DNA of 64,000 bases from Felis catus (GCF_018350175.1 NC_058368.1:56422001-56486000); one strand, 5' to 3'; shown: positions 26,780 through 39,675, numbered from the stretch's first letter. Program-made: numbers and translations. The notes: generated from the letters alone by a model not told the origin.

Positions 26780-27100
26780 TACTCTGGCTGTTCGATCATC
26801 TTGGAAACTGCTCCCCCTAAATAATTGTATAGTTCACTCCCTTAGTTCAAGCAGGTTTCTGCTTGGATATATATCTCATCAGAGTGGTTTCCCCGGCCAC
26901 TCTATCTCCCCGTGATGTTTTAGTCACCTTACCCTAATTTATTTTCCTCCATAACACCTGATGTCACTTACTTCTTCCTAAGCTTTTGTTTGAGAACCAG
27001 TAGAGCATAAATTCCATCTTTATTATTCAGTGATGTATTTATTCTTAGTGTCTGCAATAAATCTTGACACCGAGTTGACACTTGAAACAGTTTTGTTGAA
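26780..27100 (+). mobile_element. L2 remnant
   Basis: 'ctcatcagagtggtttccccggccactctatct..ttattttcctccataacac..ttattcagtgatgtatt..ttttgttgaa'. Confidence 0.55.
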
Positions 27101-27355
27101 GATGAATATATATAATGAATATATATAAAAAATAAATATATATATATAATAAATATATGTAATTTAGAATTTGAAATATGAAAATAAATTAGCCTGAGAT
27201 GGAGAAATGGAGAAGTGTGGAGAAATGAATTTTAGGCAGCCAAAAATCTTGAGACAAAAATCCAGACTGGCAATGATAGCTTAAACTCAGCGAGATGTGG
27301 TAAGGTGGGAATTATGCATGGAGCAGTGTTTAGAAAATAGAATTACATACCTTTA

Positions 27356-27375
27356 TTATTTTTTTAGTGTTTATT

Positions 27376-27417
<42 letters not shown>

Positions 27418-27581
27418 TGGGGGGAGGGGCAGAGAGATAGAGGGTGACACAGAATCTGAAGCAGGTTCCACGCTCTGCGCTGTCAGCACAGAGCCCCACG
27501 TGGGGCTCAAACCCACGAGCTGTGAGATCATGACCTAAGCCAAAGTCAGACGCTTAAATAACTGAGCCACCCAGACACCCC
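27356..27581 (-). mobile_element. Can-SINE
   Basis: Reverse SINE; TSD tagaattacata(c/ta)..cttta. Confidence 0.95.
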
Positions 27582-27599
27582 TAGAATTACATAGCTTTA

Positions 27600-27910
27600 A
27601 ATTAGTTGGAGATGGAGGTAAAGAAGAGAATCATACCAATAATACCATTTAAGTTTCTTGCTTGGAAAACTTGATGTTATGCACAGGAGAAGAAACAGGG
27701 CCCATGGTGTGAATTGTAATGATTGGAGTATTGGACATTTTGAATTTGAGGTGCTTATGGAATATCTGATTGGACACGTCTGGTTTTTAGGAATTTGCTA
27801 TATGGATCTGAATATTGGGCAAGATCTAGGGACTGGAGATAGACATCTGAAAGCCTGTAAGTGATAACTGATGGCATAGAAATAAATCAGAGAGAATGTG
27901 TAGAATAAAG
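27600..27910 (-). mobile_element. L2 remnant
   Basis: 'ttggacattttgaatttgaggtgcttatggaatatc..gatctagggactggagatagacatctg'. Confidence 0.65.
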
Positions 27911-28199
27911 TGGACCTGGAGGCTCTAGAGATGAGAACAGAAAATAGGCTCTGTAGCATGAGTGAAGATTGAACTTACACAGAGTGAGGAATGCCACCTT
28001 GTTCATAGGAATGGAACATATTTTTATCTGATGGCTTCTGCTGTTTATATCAGTGTTATTCTATATAGTTATGACATGCACTAGTCCCACTCATCAAACT
28101 TGGCCTTTTGTCAAAATATATTCATATACAACCCAGAGCTGCTTAATATAGATTCTTCATTATTGAAAGTTGTATGATTGAGTACAATCATACTTATGT

Positions 28200-28640
28200 T
28201 ATTTGTATGTAGATGTGGCTTCTCCCAGAATCAGGCCCAGAGCAAAGAAACTGAGTGAAAGTAGTTATTTGGGAGGTGCAGGGAACATCAGTGTGGGAGT
28301 GGAGAACTTAATAAGGAGAGGATATACTCTCCATCTTGTTACTAGCTTTAGTGTCTGGAACTTCATTTTGAGAGAGAAATTCTGGAAAATGATGTAAAAA
28401 CACATGCCTCAAAATTTTCTTAAGGGAGCTGGTATATGTACATAAAAACTCCTATCAGACATAAATTGAGAGATGCTCTTGAAGGTGTGATTTTTTCAAC
28501 ACTACTACCTATGTGCAGTGCATGTGGGCAGAGGACTTAAGGCTTTGGAGAATGCTTCTAGGCAAAGAGCTGTTGATGTTGCCAAGCACAACTAAGGCAC
28601 AGGACTTGAGGTATCTGGGTGGGTCACTGAAGGGTTTCAA
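28200..28640. mobile_element. ERVL LTR remnant (LTR16/LTR33-like)
   Basis: 'ttctcccagaatcaggcccagagcaaagaaactgagtgaaagtagttatttgggaggtg'. Confidence 0.55.
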
Positions 28641-29027
28641 ACTGTTCTAGTATTTTTTTTAGTCATAGGTAAAACCATTCTATTAATCTGTCACAAATAT
28701 TTTTGCATATAATTGACTCCATTCTTTTAAAATTTGATTTTAGATCCAGTGTTTATTAAGGGCTTATTTAATGTTTTCTTAATGTTTTCAAGCATCCAAG
28801 AGTGACTACATATTACATAACCAAAATGATCTTCATAATGTATATTGCCCTTAAAATATAGTTCAAATAATAGTAAAATAATTTGAATACCAAATCTGAG
28901 ATGGATTATTCTATAGAATAATCATTTTATAGCAGCAACTATACTGAATGACTTTTCTTTGAGTTATTTCATATATGACTTCCTTTATACTTGAAGTTAT
29001 TTTGATTATTTTAAAATAACTAAAATG

Positions 29028-29244
29028 AGGGGTGCCTGGGTGGCTCAGTTGGTTAAGTGTCTGATTTCAGTTCAGGTCACGATCTCACAGTTAGTGAGTT
29101 TGAGCCCCATGTTGGGCTCTGCGCTGACAGCTGAGAGCCTGGAACCTGCTTCAGATTCTGTGCCCATCCCCCTCCGGCCCACCCCTGCTTGTGCTCTGTC
29201 TCTCTCTGTGTTTCAAAAATGAATAAACATTAAAAAAATTTTTA
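29028..29244 (+). mobile_element. Can-SINE
   Basis: GGGGGTGCCTGGGTGGCTCAG head; TSD taac(t/c)aaaatga. Confidence 0.95.
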
Positions 29245-29547
29245 AGTAACCAAAATGAAATAGAACATAGTATAAATTTACTATCTCCCAAGAGCTGCTT
29301 TATTGAGAGTGTGCTCCATTAGCCTATTTTTCTGTCCTTTTCATATTTTCTACGAATTTGACTAATCACCAATATAGTTATCGAATACATTTTTAATGGA
29401 TTACATAAAAGAGATTTCATATAGTGTCTTTATATTTTTAAAGTTTGAACTATGCTACTGAATTATTGGTTTTTTTTAGCATACATTTTTATTATTTTTC
29501 ATCATATTTAGTTTGTATTTCTCATGAAAGCCCTCTTGCCACATGGT

Positions 29548-29728
29548 ATTTATTTATTATATCTTATTTGATAAGAGAGAGAGGGAGAGACACAGAATCT
29601 GAAGCAGACTCCAGGCAGGCTCTGAGCTGTCAGCACAGAGCTCAGTATGGGGTTCGAACTTACAAATCATGAGGTCATGACCAGAGCCGAAGTTGGACAC
29701 TTAACTGACTGAGCCACACAGGCGCCCT
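29548..29728 (-). mobile_element. Can-SINE
   Basis: Reverse SINE ending cacacaggcgccc. Confidence 0.9.
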
Positions 29729-29924
29729 GCATATAAGATTTTTAAAAAATGCTTATTTACATGACAGGAATTTTAAACTCATTTAGGTACCAAATATGTA
29801 ATGATAATCTTTAAATTGTTCTTGAAATCTTTACAGCTACATGACTTTAGAATAATATTTTAATTGATAAATTTTTCTGTATACTGTCAAAAATTTGCTA
29901 AGATATCATTACTTAAAAAAAGTT

Positions 29925-32250
29925 CTGTTGTGGTATAGTTGATATACCAAAAACTATACATATTTAATGTATCTAGCTTAATGAGCTTGTTACATGCATA
30001 CATCCTTGAGACAATCGTTATAATAAAGGTAATAAATATATCCATTGCCTCTCAATGTTTTCTTATGCCCTTTGTGTATCTGTGTGTACTACAAACACTT
30101 ACTGTGAGATCTATCCTCTTAACAGAATTTTTCAGTGCACGATGCAATATTGTTAGCTATATATAGCCACTGAGTTTTACATAGATTTTCAGAACTTATC
30201 CATTTGTATAACTAAAACTTTATATCCATTGAGCAGCAGCTCCATTGCCCTCTGCCCCCACCCCCTGGAAGCCACTATTCTACTCTCTATGAGTTTGACT
30301 ACTTTAGATAACTCATTTAAGTGGAATTATGTAGCATTTTCTCCTCTTTTTGTGACTAGCTTACTTCACTTAGCATAATGTCCTCTAGATTCATCTATGT
30401 TGCCAAAAATGGCAGGATTTCCTTCTTTTTTCAAGGCTGAATACTATTCCATTGTTTATACCACATTTTCTTTATCCATGCATTTATCAGTGGATGCTAA
30501 GATTGTTTCCTAATTTTGATATTGTGAATAATACTGTAGTTAACATGACAGTGCAGATATCTTCAAAATCCTGATTTTATTTCATTTAGATACATACTCA
30601 GAAGTGGGAGTGCTGGATCATTTGGTAGTTCTATTTTTAATTTTTGGAGGAACCCCCATACTGTTTTTCATAGCAGCTGCACCCATTTACATTCCTGACA
30701 ACAGTGAATAAGAGTTCCAGTTTCTCCACATCCTAGTCAACATTGTTTATCTTTTGTCTTTTGGATAATAGCGCGACTGACAGATGTGAGGTGATATCTC
30801 ATTGTGGTTCTGATTTACATTTCCCTGTTGACTGATGCTGAGCATCTTTTCGTACTCCTGTCAGCTATTTGGCCACTTGTTTGCCTTTGGTGAAATATCT
30901 GTTCAGGTCTTTGCCCATTTTTCTATTTGTTTTTTATTTTGTTATTTGTCTTTGATATTGAGTTGTCTAAGTTGCTTATATATTTTAGATATTAATACCC
31001 TGTCAGATGTATGGTTTGCAGATACTGTCTTCAATTCCATAGGATGCCTTTTTATTTTGTTGTCTCCTTTGTGGTACAGAGCTTTTTATTTTGCTGTAGT
31101 TTTACTTGTCTGTTTTTGCTTTCATTGCCTATGCTTTTTTCAGGAACTGGGGAGTGTCTGTGTTGTGAATGGATGTCTTGGTCTTTGGATTCCCCACGAG
31201 AAGATTCAGGTGGGGTATCTGTGCTCAGAATAAAGACAGCCAGAAGGAAAGTAGTAAGCACGAAACACTTTATTAAAGCAAAAGTACAATCTCAAGGTGG
31301 GAGAGCAGGCAGGTTCCCCACGGTGGAACCAGACCCAAGGTTGTCTTGGGATTGGATATTATTGGTTCTCTCTGGGCTGGTAGGAGCTATGCTGGGCTTC
31401 TAGTGTGTAGCTTTTTTTTTTTTTTCTTCCATCACTGTCCTTGCCTCCACCTTCTGTCTCATTCCCATTCAAGGACTTGAGACTCTGCCTGCAGTGTTCC
31501 TTCCACTGTTCACATCCAGCTTCTACCTAACACTTTGGTGTCAGATCTAAGAAATGATTGCCAAGACTAATGTCAAGATTTTCTCTTATGTTTCCTTTTA
31601 AGAGTTTTATAGTTTCAGATCTTACATGGTAGTCTTTATATTGATTGATTTCTGTTTATGGTGTAAATAAGGGTCTGATTTCATTTTTGTGTGTGTGAAT
31701 GTCCAGTTTTCCCAAGAATATTGGTTGAAGAAACTGTGTTTTTAACCACTGTGTATTTTTGGCAGCCTTGTCAAAGGTCAGGTGACTGCATATGTATTGG
31801 TTATTGCTGGACTCTCTATTCTGTTCCATTGATGTACATATTTATCTATGCCAGTACCACACTTTTTAAAATTACTGTAGTTTTGTAATATATTTTGAAA
31901 TCAGGGAATATGATGCCTCCAGCTTTGTTTTTGTCAAGATTTCATTGGCTACTTGGGGTCTTTTGTGATTCCATATCAATTTTAGGACTGTCTTTGAAAA
32001 ATGCCATTGAGATTTTGATAGGCATTTGATAGCATTGACTCTAATAGATTGCCTTGGGTAATATGGACATTATAATAATATTAAGTCTGCCAATCCAAAA
32101 ATACAGGATGTCTTTCCATTTATTATGTCTCTTTAAGTTTTTTGTTTGTTTTTGTTTGTTTGTTTATTGGTGCTTTGTACTTCCAAGTTTAGAGGTTTTT
32201 TCAACTCCTTGGTTACTCCTTGGTTAAGGTTACCCAAGTATCTTATTCTT
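29925..32250 (-). mobile_element. L1 (L1MA/MB-like), ORF2 3' portion plus 3'UTR; sense arm of an inverted L1
   Basis: Starts at the ORF2 (K)RIRYLG motif (~32250) and runs to a 3' end at ~29925; typical L1 3'UTR; interrupted by a solo LTR. Confidence 0.9.
31138..31532 (-). mobile_element. Solo ERV LTR (ERV1-like) inserted in L1
   Basis: ~395 bp non-L1 insert starting TGTTAGG on the minus strand, internal AATAAA, 4-bp TSD cttt (31134-37 / 31533-36); L1 resumes seamlessly. Confidence 0.75.
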
Positions 32251-33040
32251 TTTTATTTTTCCTGACAACCAGTGCTTTATTAGTGAGGAGCCTTGGTTTG
32301 AGGAGTGGGGAGCTAGGATGGACAAGAAGCGCCCATCTTAAGGAATTTTCCTGGACATCAGGCATTCCTCCATGCATATTTCAAGTAAACACATTCATGG
32401 ATGAAATCCTCAGAGGGGAGAGCGCTGTGACTGAAAGCAGCAGGGATGGAGGGGCTCCCTAAGCACAGCTGAGTCTGTGGGACAGCAGAACTTCTCCAAG
32501 TTCTAGGTGACATCATTACATCACACTGGAAACCAGGTGATGAACTTGGGGCTGGTCATGAGCGGTGGCATCATTACTGGGGGCCGGAAGAGCCTCCTGC
32601 AGGAAGTTGAAGAGGGGGTGCCCTTGTGCACCACTCCCCTTGCACTTCTCAGAAAGCATGAATTTGGGCTCGAACCTGTTCTGAGGTCTGAGGAACTTGA
32701 AGGAATTCTGGATCTCTTCCTTCCTGGCATTTCCTGATGCCAGCACCGCTTGCATGGGAAGCAAATATTGACCAGGCCCCTGGCAGAGGTGCTGCTGATG
32801 CTTGTTCTGGGCATAGTCCTGGATAGTTGTACCTTGGAGCGACACCGCATTTTTGGTCAGCAGCATGTTGGCCCCCAGGAACCCAGGCTCACAGGCTCCT
32901 CCCTGGCCAGCAGGCCCTTGGGAAAGGCATTCCTGGAGCGCTGGGGGCTGCAACTGCCGGTTGGTGGCAGGGAGTGCAGCTGCACACATGGCCCGGCTGT
33001 GGGACCAGAGTGCACAGCTCTTTTGGTGCTCTTTTAAACG
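32250..33040 (-). pseudogene. GPX1: GPX1 (glutathione peroxidase 1) processed pseudogene
   Basis: ATG at 32989 (MCAA..), LLTKNAVSLQGTTIQDY, NARKEEIQNSFKFLRP..FEPKFMLSEKC..HPLFNFLQEALPAPSNDATA, MTSPKFITWFPV, ..SCA* (32459-61). No intron; 3'UTR with SECIS core, AATAAA (32276-81) and A-rich tail; frameshifted. Confidence 0.93.
32345..32408 (-). other. Degenerate SECIS element of the GPX1 retrocopy 3'UTR
   Basis: Minus strand ttcatccATGAatgtgtttacttgAAAtatgcatggaggaatgccTGATgtccaggaaaa gives the ATGA...AAA...TGAN arrangement at the expected 3'UTR position. Confidence 0.75.
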
Positions 33041-33041
33041 G

Positions 33042-33950
33042 GATCCTGAACAGACCAATAGTGAGTAAGGAGATTGGATTTGGAATCAAATACCTGCAAC
33101 AAAGGAAATCCCAACACCAAAAGGCAATCCCAACACCAAAAGGCTTCACTGGTGATTTCTACCAATCTTTAAAGAAATAATAACAATACTGGTCAAACTA
33201 TTCCAAAAATCTGAAGAGGAAGGGCTACTGTCAAACTGATTTTATGATGCCAGCATTACCTTGAAACCTAAGCTTGAAAAAGACACTACAAGAAAAGAAA
33301 ACTATAGGCCAGTGCCCAAAATGAACAGACACGTAAAAATCCTTAGTAAAATATTGACAAACCATATTCCGCAGTACATTAGAAAGATCATATACCATGA
33401 CCAAGTGGACTTATTCCTGGGAGGCAGGGATGGTTCAATATGTGCAAATAAATTAATATGATACACCACATTAACAGAAGTAATAAAATCATATGATCAT
33501 TTCAGTAGATGCTGAAAAACACATTTGAGAAAATTCATCCTTTCATGATAAAAAAAAAAACTGTTAACAAATTACGTGAAGGAATTTACCTCCACATATG
33601 ACAATCTCCTAGCTAACAGCATATTCAGCCGTGAAAACTGAAGTCTTTTCCTTTGAGATCCAGAGTTACATGGATGCACACTTTTACCACTTCTATTCAA
33701 CATAGTAATGGAGGTACTAGCTAGAACAGTAAGCAAGAAAAAGAAAGAAATGCACCGAAATTGGAAAGGAAGAAATAAATTTATCTCTGTTTGCATAGGG
33801 CATGGTTTTATACGTAGAAAACCCAAAAGACTCTACAGAACAGCTGTTAGTACTAATAACTGAAGCCACTAAAGTTGCAGGATACTAAAACCAACATGCC
33901 AAAATCTATTGTGTTTCCATAACGATAGGGTAACTGAAAAGGAAATTAAG
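33042..33950 (+). mobile_element. L1 ORF2 (RT region); inverted arm of the same L1
   Basis: [60 protein letters not shown]. Confidence 0.92.
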
Positions 33951-34895
33951 AGATCATTTAAAAATATCACATTAATACTGAGAAATCAATTGCCCATTAA
34001 ACTGAATTGTTATAAAGGTACTTAAGAATACATTGTTAATAGTTGCTAATCAGTGTTGTGCTAGGCAATTTTTGCTATGATTGCCTGACACTGTAGCAGA
34101 ATGGTACTGCTTTCAGGCCACAGAATCATGAACAAGAAATAAATCGTACAACTGAGTGAATCACACTAATCATCGTATATAATTAGACATACTTCTTATA
34201 GTTAAGTGTTATTTTTTCCAGTTCAATCTGTGTCCTTAGCCTGTGGTTCCCTGGTAGGTTTCTTATACATGGTGTCAGTCATCCGGCAGTGCTTTGTGAT
34301 TTATATGTCATTGGATTTAATTCATCAATATTAGCTATATAAGTTTGAAATAAAACTGTAATAGAATAAAGAAATAAAACTGTAAATAATGTTGAAATAA
34401 AACTATAATAGACTAAGGAAAGAGCCTTTAGAAACTTATATTTACAACTCTGTATTCTAATAAGTCAAAAAATTTAAATATCAAATTATATTCAAAATAT
34501 TCAACTGGAGAAGAGATAAGAAACGAGTGGTTTAATAGTCACCAGAAATATAACTTTTTGTTATTAATTGTAGAGTGGTATTTCCTGTTCTGGATATAAA
34601 TTGAATCAACATAAATTGTAGCATTTTTCATAAATATGTTAATAAACAGATATTTGCTGAACATGAATCAGTAAAATGAGGTCTGAGTAAAGGGATATGG
34701 AATTTCCATATATTTGGGATAACTTAAATTAAGAAATATGAAGTTAAAAAATAAAAGTTAAAGTTAAATATTGCTGAGATATCCTTCAGATGTTACTTTA
34801 GCTTTGTACCAGTTAGTTTTAAAATTATAACATTAAATATGTTTCTCAAGTCTGCTATGAGTCTCCTACTCTTTCTCCTTCCTACTCCTTGGGGC

Positions 34896-35476
34896 TGTGG
34901 CAGACAGCGTGGGACATCACTCCCAATAATAATTCCTCTTAGTATTCATGCCATTGCATAAGCTCCTCCTATTATATGTGAGCTGGGCCTAGTGACTTGG
35001 TTCTAATGAATAGAATATAGAAATTAATGGGTTATCTCTTCTAGTAGGAATTTAGAAGTAACAGTGACTCCTATCTTGCTTGTACACTTTCTTTCTCTCT
35101 TGCTGGTATTCTCTCTTGCCATCTCATTTGACCACTCTGATGAAGCAAACTGCCATGTTGTGATATAATGGCATATAGAGGAAAATGTGTCAGGAAACTG
35201 AGAGACACTTACAGTCAACATCTCACGAAGAACTGAGGATTTGGTTCAACAGCGTATGAGTAGCTGGATCCTGCCAACACCCACGTGAATGAGTTAGGAA
35301 GTCAATCCTTCCCAGTGGAGACTTGAGAAAAATGTATGCTTGTGAGACATCCAGAACCATATGCATCAGCTAAGCCATTTCACATTCCTAATCCACAAAA
35401 ATTGTGAAATAATAAATGTTTTAAGCCACTAAACTTTGAGGTAATTTGTTATACAGTAATCAATACCTCATATACA
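34896..35476 (+). mobile_element. MaLR LTR (MLT1F-like)
   Basis: TGTGG start; 'tgggcctagtgacttggttctaatgaatagaat', 'tcctgccaacacccacgtgaatgag', 'ttttaagccactaaactttgaggtaatttgttatacag'; ACA end. Confidence 0.85.
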
Positions 35477-35579
35477 GGTTGTGGGCTAGCTTATTCATCC
35501 CTGTGGATTCATTTCTCATCAATTTACTGATAAACTAAAATACAAATTACACACCTATGATGCCTACTGAAATTTATAT

Positions 35580-36220
35580 CCATATTTCAAAATTCCCATT
35601 TTATATCCACATATGACACTTCTTAGGAACTATAATAACCAATATAAAAAATAAACTCATTATCTCCCCCACCCCCGCAAATTCATTCTGTCTCTTAAAC
35701 CTTAATTCATGAGATGACACTTTTTCAAACCAGTTTCCCATGATACTGTTTCAGATTAAGTCATTCTTAGCATCTCCCACTCTCGTGAATCTACCATCTG
35801 ATTTTTAAAAGTTAAATTTATTTATTCTACTTTTAAACATGTCTGGAATCTGTTTTATAACTAGTGTTTATACCTCAGTTTAAAATGCTGTCAATTTTCA
35901 AATAAATTGCTATACCAGCTACATGAAGAATATCCATTTTTGACATAGCAGTGGAAGTGTTTTAAAAATAAACATCTGCTTACATTTTTTTTTTTTTACA
36001 CTCTAATTGCTCTCAGGTGAAAGTCAGACTTTTAACATGGATTTAAAGGATTTGATAGAAATGCCTTGTTTAACTCTCACATATCACATTTTTATTTGTC
36101 TTAGACTTAAGATCATGAAAGCAGTCACATTTTTCTGTATTATGTATTTCTTCATCCTCAGGCCCAGTTCAGTTTCTTTTCAATTAAATTCATGATAGAA
36201 TGAGCAAGTGAATGATTGAC
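35580..36220 (+). mobile_element. L2 remnant
   Basis: 'aaactcattatctcccc..gtcattcttagcatctccc..ttattctacttttaaacatgtctggaatctg'. Confidence 0.5.
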
Positions 36221-37524
36221 CATAGTCTTTCAGATTTCAAATTATTGTCTTTTTAATATTAGGATTATGTTAACAGACTCTAATCTGTTAAACATATGGA
36301 TTTGTAAAGACAGAAATGTGTGGATTTTAGGCCCAACTTTGCCATTAATTTCTTGTCTTTGACTTTTAGCAAGATATTCCACAGAAAATTACACTAGTTC
36401 ACTAAAATTATAGTATAATTGAACCTGACGAGCAAGAAGAGTCAGCATTCAGAGCATTAGCAAAACACAGGAATGCAAGAGGGTAGAAAGCACATAAATG
36501 AAAATAACAAAAGGAAGTTAGAAACATAGTTTAACATATGTTCACATTGAGGCTGTAGCAGTATCTGACCATCTGTTTCAGGCTACTGGCCACAGAGTCA
36601 GGCTGGATTTTCTAATAGGTAACAGTCTCTCCAAGTAACCGTTGTATCAGAGATAAACATTTGTTTTTACCCGTTGAATGCCATGTGTCCACCACTGATA
36701 AGAGTAGATCCTGTGGCACCAATATTCATTAGTGATTGCAAATGCTTTGCCTTGATAGAAGAAAAAAAAATCAGCAACTCATTCACTGGATTAGCTTTCT
36801 TCTACTTTTATGACAAATTCAGGAGTGGAATGGAGTTTTGTCACAGTCTCCTGTTACTTTTATGACACATTGCACAGTCAAAGAGTGCCATGGAGATGGG
36901 TCTTTAGGTTCTGCTTCAGTATTTTCCTGTATGAATCCAACTGGAAGAAACTTTGAAGGCTTTTGTAATTTAAATAGGAACAAATTATTTCTACCCCCAG
37001 TGTATCTTCCATTTTAGTGGAAATAATGGTAAATGGTATATAAGTGGAGAATAACTTGTTCCCTGTAGTCTGCTTAGATTTTCACTTTGAAAACTTGCAC
37101 CTGTAAGTATTATAACTATACTGTAATGTAGACTTGTAATACTATACCTGTAAGTATTACCAAGGTACTTTGGCAAATATAGAAGATAATTTGAAAGTCA
37201 TTACTATAGATTAAGATAATTTATTTGAAAAAGTCTTACATTCAAAATATAAAAAGGAATGCATCAATTGTGTAATATCAACTTCTCAGTTTAAATTTGG
37301 CAAGGTTTTCTTTAATTGTATGAGTTAATTTCATTAATCTTCCACCCTTGCTAATTAAATTTCTTTATAATGTAACAGTCATAAGAAATAGCTAACTTTT
37401 CATTCTAATTGGAGTGTTACTTATACAGAAAACTGAAGTAAAGGAAGCACACAGATGGAAGCTGCAGGTGTAGCCATCCTCTAGGCTTTGTCATAATCAT
37501 GGGATTGATTACTAAACAGAATGA

Positions 37525-37970
37525 TGTCAAGAATGATGAAGGATCTGAGATTTACCCTAATTGCAGACTTGCAAGTTAGCCTACCACAGTTTTATGTCTG
37601 CTGACAGAAAACATGAGACATCTGTATCAGAGAGAATAGACTTTGTTATTCAGATATAGCAATAATAATAATAATCATATCAGTTCCTTTCCATATCTCC
37701 CAATCTACCTTCCCAGCTCATGATGCAGTACACACATAGCAGGTTTGTGTCCCAGATGGGAAAGTTCAAGATTATGAAACTTTAATCTTTCATAATGAAC
37801 TGCAAGCAAACCTGTCCAATATATTCCATAAAGGGAAACCTTATCTTTATTAAACTCAGCAGCAGACAATTCTGCCTTCTTCTCTGGAAGGAGACACTGT
37901 CTCTGTCTTCCAGGGCTATTCACTATTCAACACCCTTGAAAAGTAATCCAGGAAAAAAGAAATTTAAAAG
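37525..37970. mobile_element. ERV1-type LTR remnant (family uncertain)
   Basis: 'gatctgagatttaccctaattgcag..caagttagcctaccacagtttt..catgagacatctgtatcagagag' resembles MER89/MER90-class LTRs. Confidence 0.55.
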
Positions 37971-39675
37971 TTGTCACTGTTTCTACCTGTCATTGTCTCT
38001 ACTTGCAGGTGTTCCTGAAATGTGAGAGACATCATGAACAGGAACAACAAAAAAGGCAGTTGATTGTATTCTGTGAATTAATAGAGATGGCAGTGGAGGT
38101 AGGGCTTGGTCAAAAATCCATCTGGGGTTGCCAGTGCCAGTCCTTGGAATTCTCTCATAAATGAATCAATTATTAAAAATATATTGACTACACCCTTAAA
38201 ATTGCTTTAAATTATTAATCCTTTAAAGATGGAATATTTTGTTAAAAATTAATATAATTCAGCAAACTCGTGCCTAATATTAGCATACTAATGTTCATTA
38301 GTATCATTTTATCTTTTATGTGGTTCTGAACTGAGAACATGTTTTAAAGATGGGAGTAGTGAAAACAGTTTAGTAGAGGAAATTTTTCATGGAGTCCAGT
38401 TATGTACAGAGAGTGGTAAATAGTGAGGGAAAAAGTAACCAAACAATTATGACACTTGGGAGATTGTGTTTTATGAAGTCAGGGGAAGAGCACTGGGATG
38501 AAGGTAGGAAAATGTTCCAGTCAAGGCTTCTTCATTTGTAATTGCCCTTTGGTCTGCTCTCATCACTTAAGATGGTTGCTTTCTTAAGAAGGTCACTTCC
38601 CTAAGGCTAATAAGTCACTTTAATTGTAGTTTTGTTATACACACATTACTGAAACTTCATAAGTGTAATTGGCTACATGATCTAAGAGTATTCTCACTAT
38701 AAAAATTATAAGAACAATTTCTCTAAGTAGCAGTGATAATGTACTCATGTCATCATAATTAATATCCCAATCACTGAAATTATATTCCATTGGATTTAAC
38801 CCACTACTCTTTACTAGCTCTGTATTCTTAGACAATTTTCCTAATTTTTCTGAGTGTCATGTTGTCCCTTTGTAAAACAGGGTTTGCACTTAATAAAGAC
38901 TTTCTTGTGATAATCGAGTTTATGTATAGTAAAAACATAGAGTTATTCTGGAGAGATTCTATCCACTTCTTAAATAGGAGGTACTACCATAATTAGCATT
39001 GTTATTATTTTAAAGAACAAAGGAATAACCTTGGGTAAACAACTCTGAGAAAAAATAAAACAAACAAATATCATAAAATGTAAATAATACTTACAGAAGC
39101 TAGAGAAAAACTTGAAAGGATGAGAAATATACTGTACTGATATTTCTATATATTTGGAGAAGAGGATAGTAAAATTTCTGAGACTAGAAAAGAACACATC
39201 TTGTTTCAACTGCCTAATCAAAATTAGTTTCATCAAAAATCACCCATGAAAGAGTGTAACAGGGAACTAGAAATGAATTATTCAGGGCAAGAAAACTTCT
39301 GGAACATGTGTCTTGCTTAGAATTCAAAAGAAGTGAAATATAAAATATAAAAGAATGGAGTTGTGTCTCCCAAAATAAATAAAAATGTAGTTTCCCTTAC
39401 TGTTTGATCTTCACACAGTTCCAGTGTCTACAGTGTTTCAAGACTAATGAAAATCCATGGGATTTGGGGTAGAAGAGGACAGTACATAATGCTCTATTCT
39501 CCTTCTGTCAGCTTAGGCACAATATTAGGGACAAGGTAGTTAGGATTGAATAGCCAGAGATTCTTACATGGCTTAAATGTAACAACAGCATGAAAAAAAC
39601 TTTGGATTATGTTGCTAAGTGTGACCTTAAAGATAAGTAGTAGTCTTCATTGTGTACATTAAGAAAATTCAATTC

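Noticed and set aside
32516..33058. 180-aa ORF as a functional GPX1-derived retrogene
   Set aside because: It drifts in and out of the GPX1 frame, lacks Sec and the GFPCNQF motif in frame, and loses the C-terminus, so it is a chance open frame in a pseudogene
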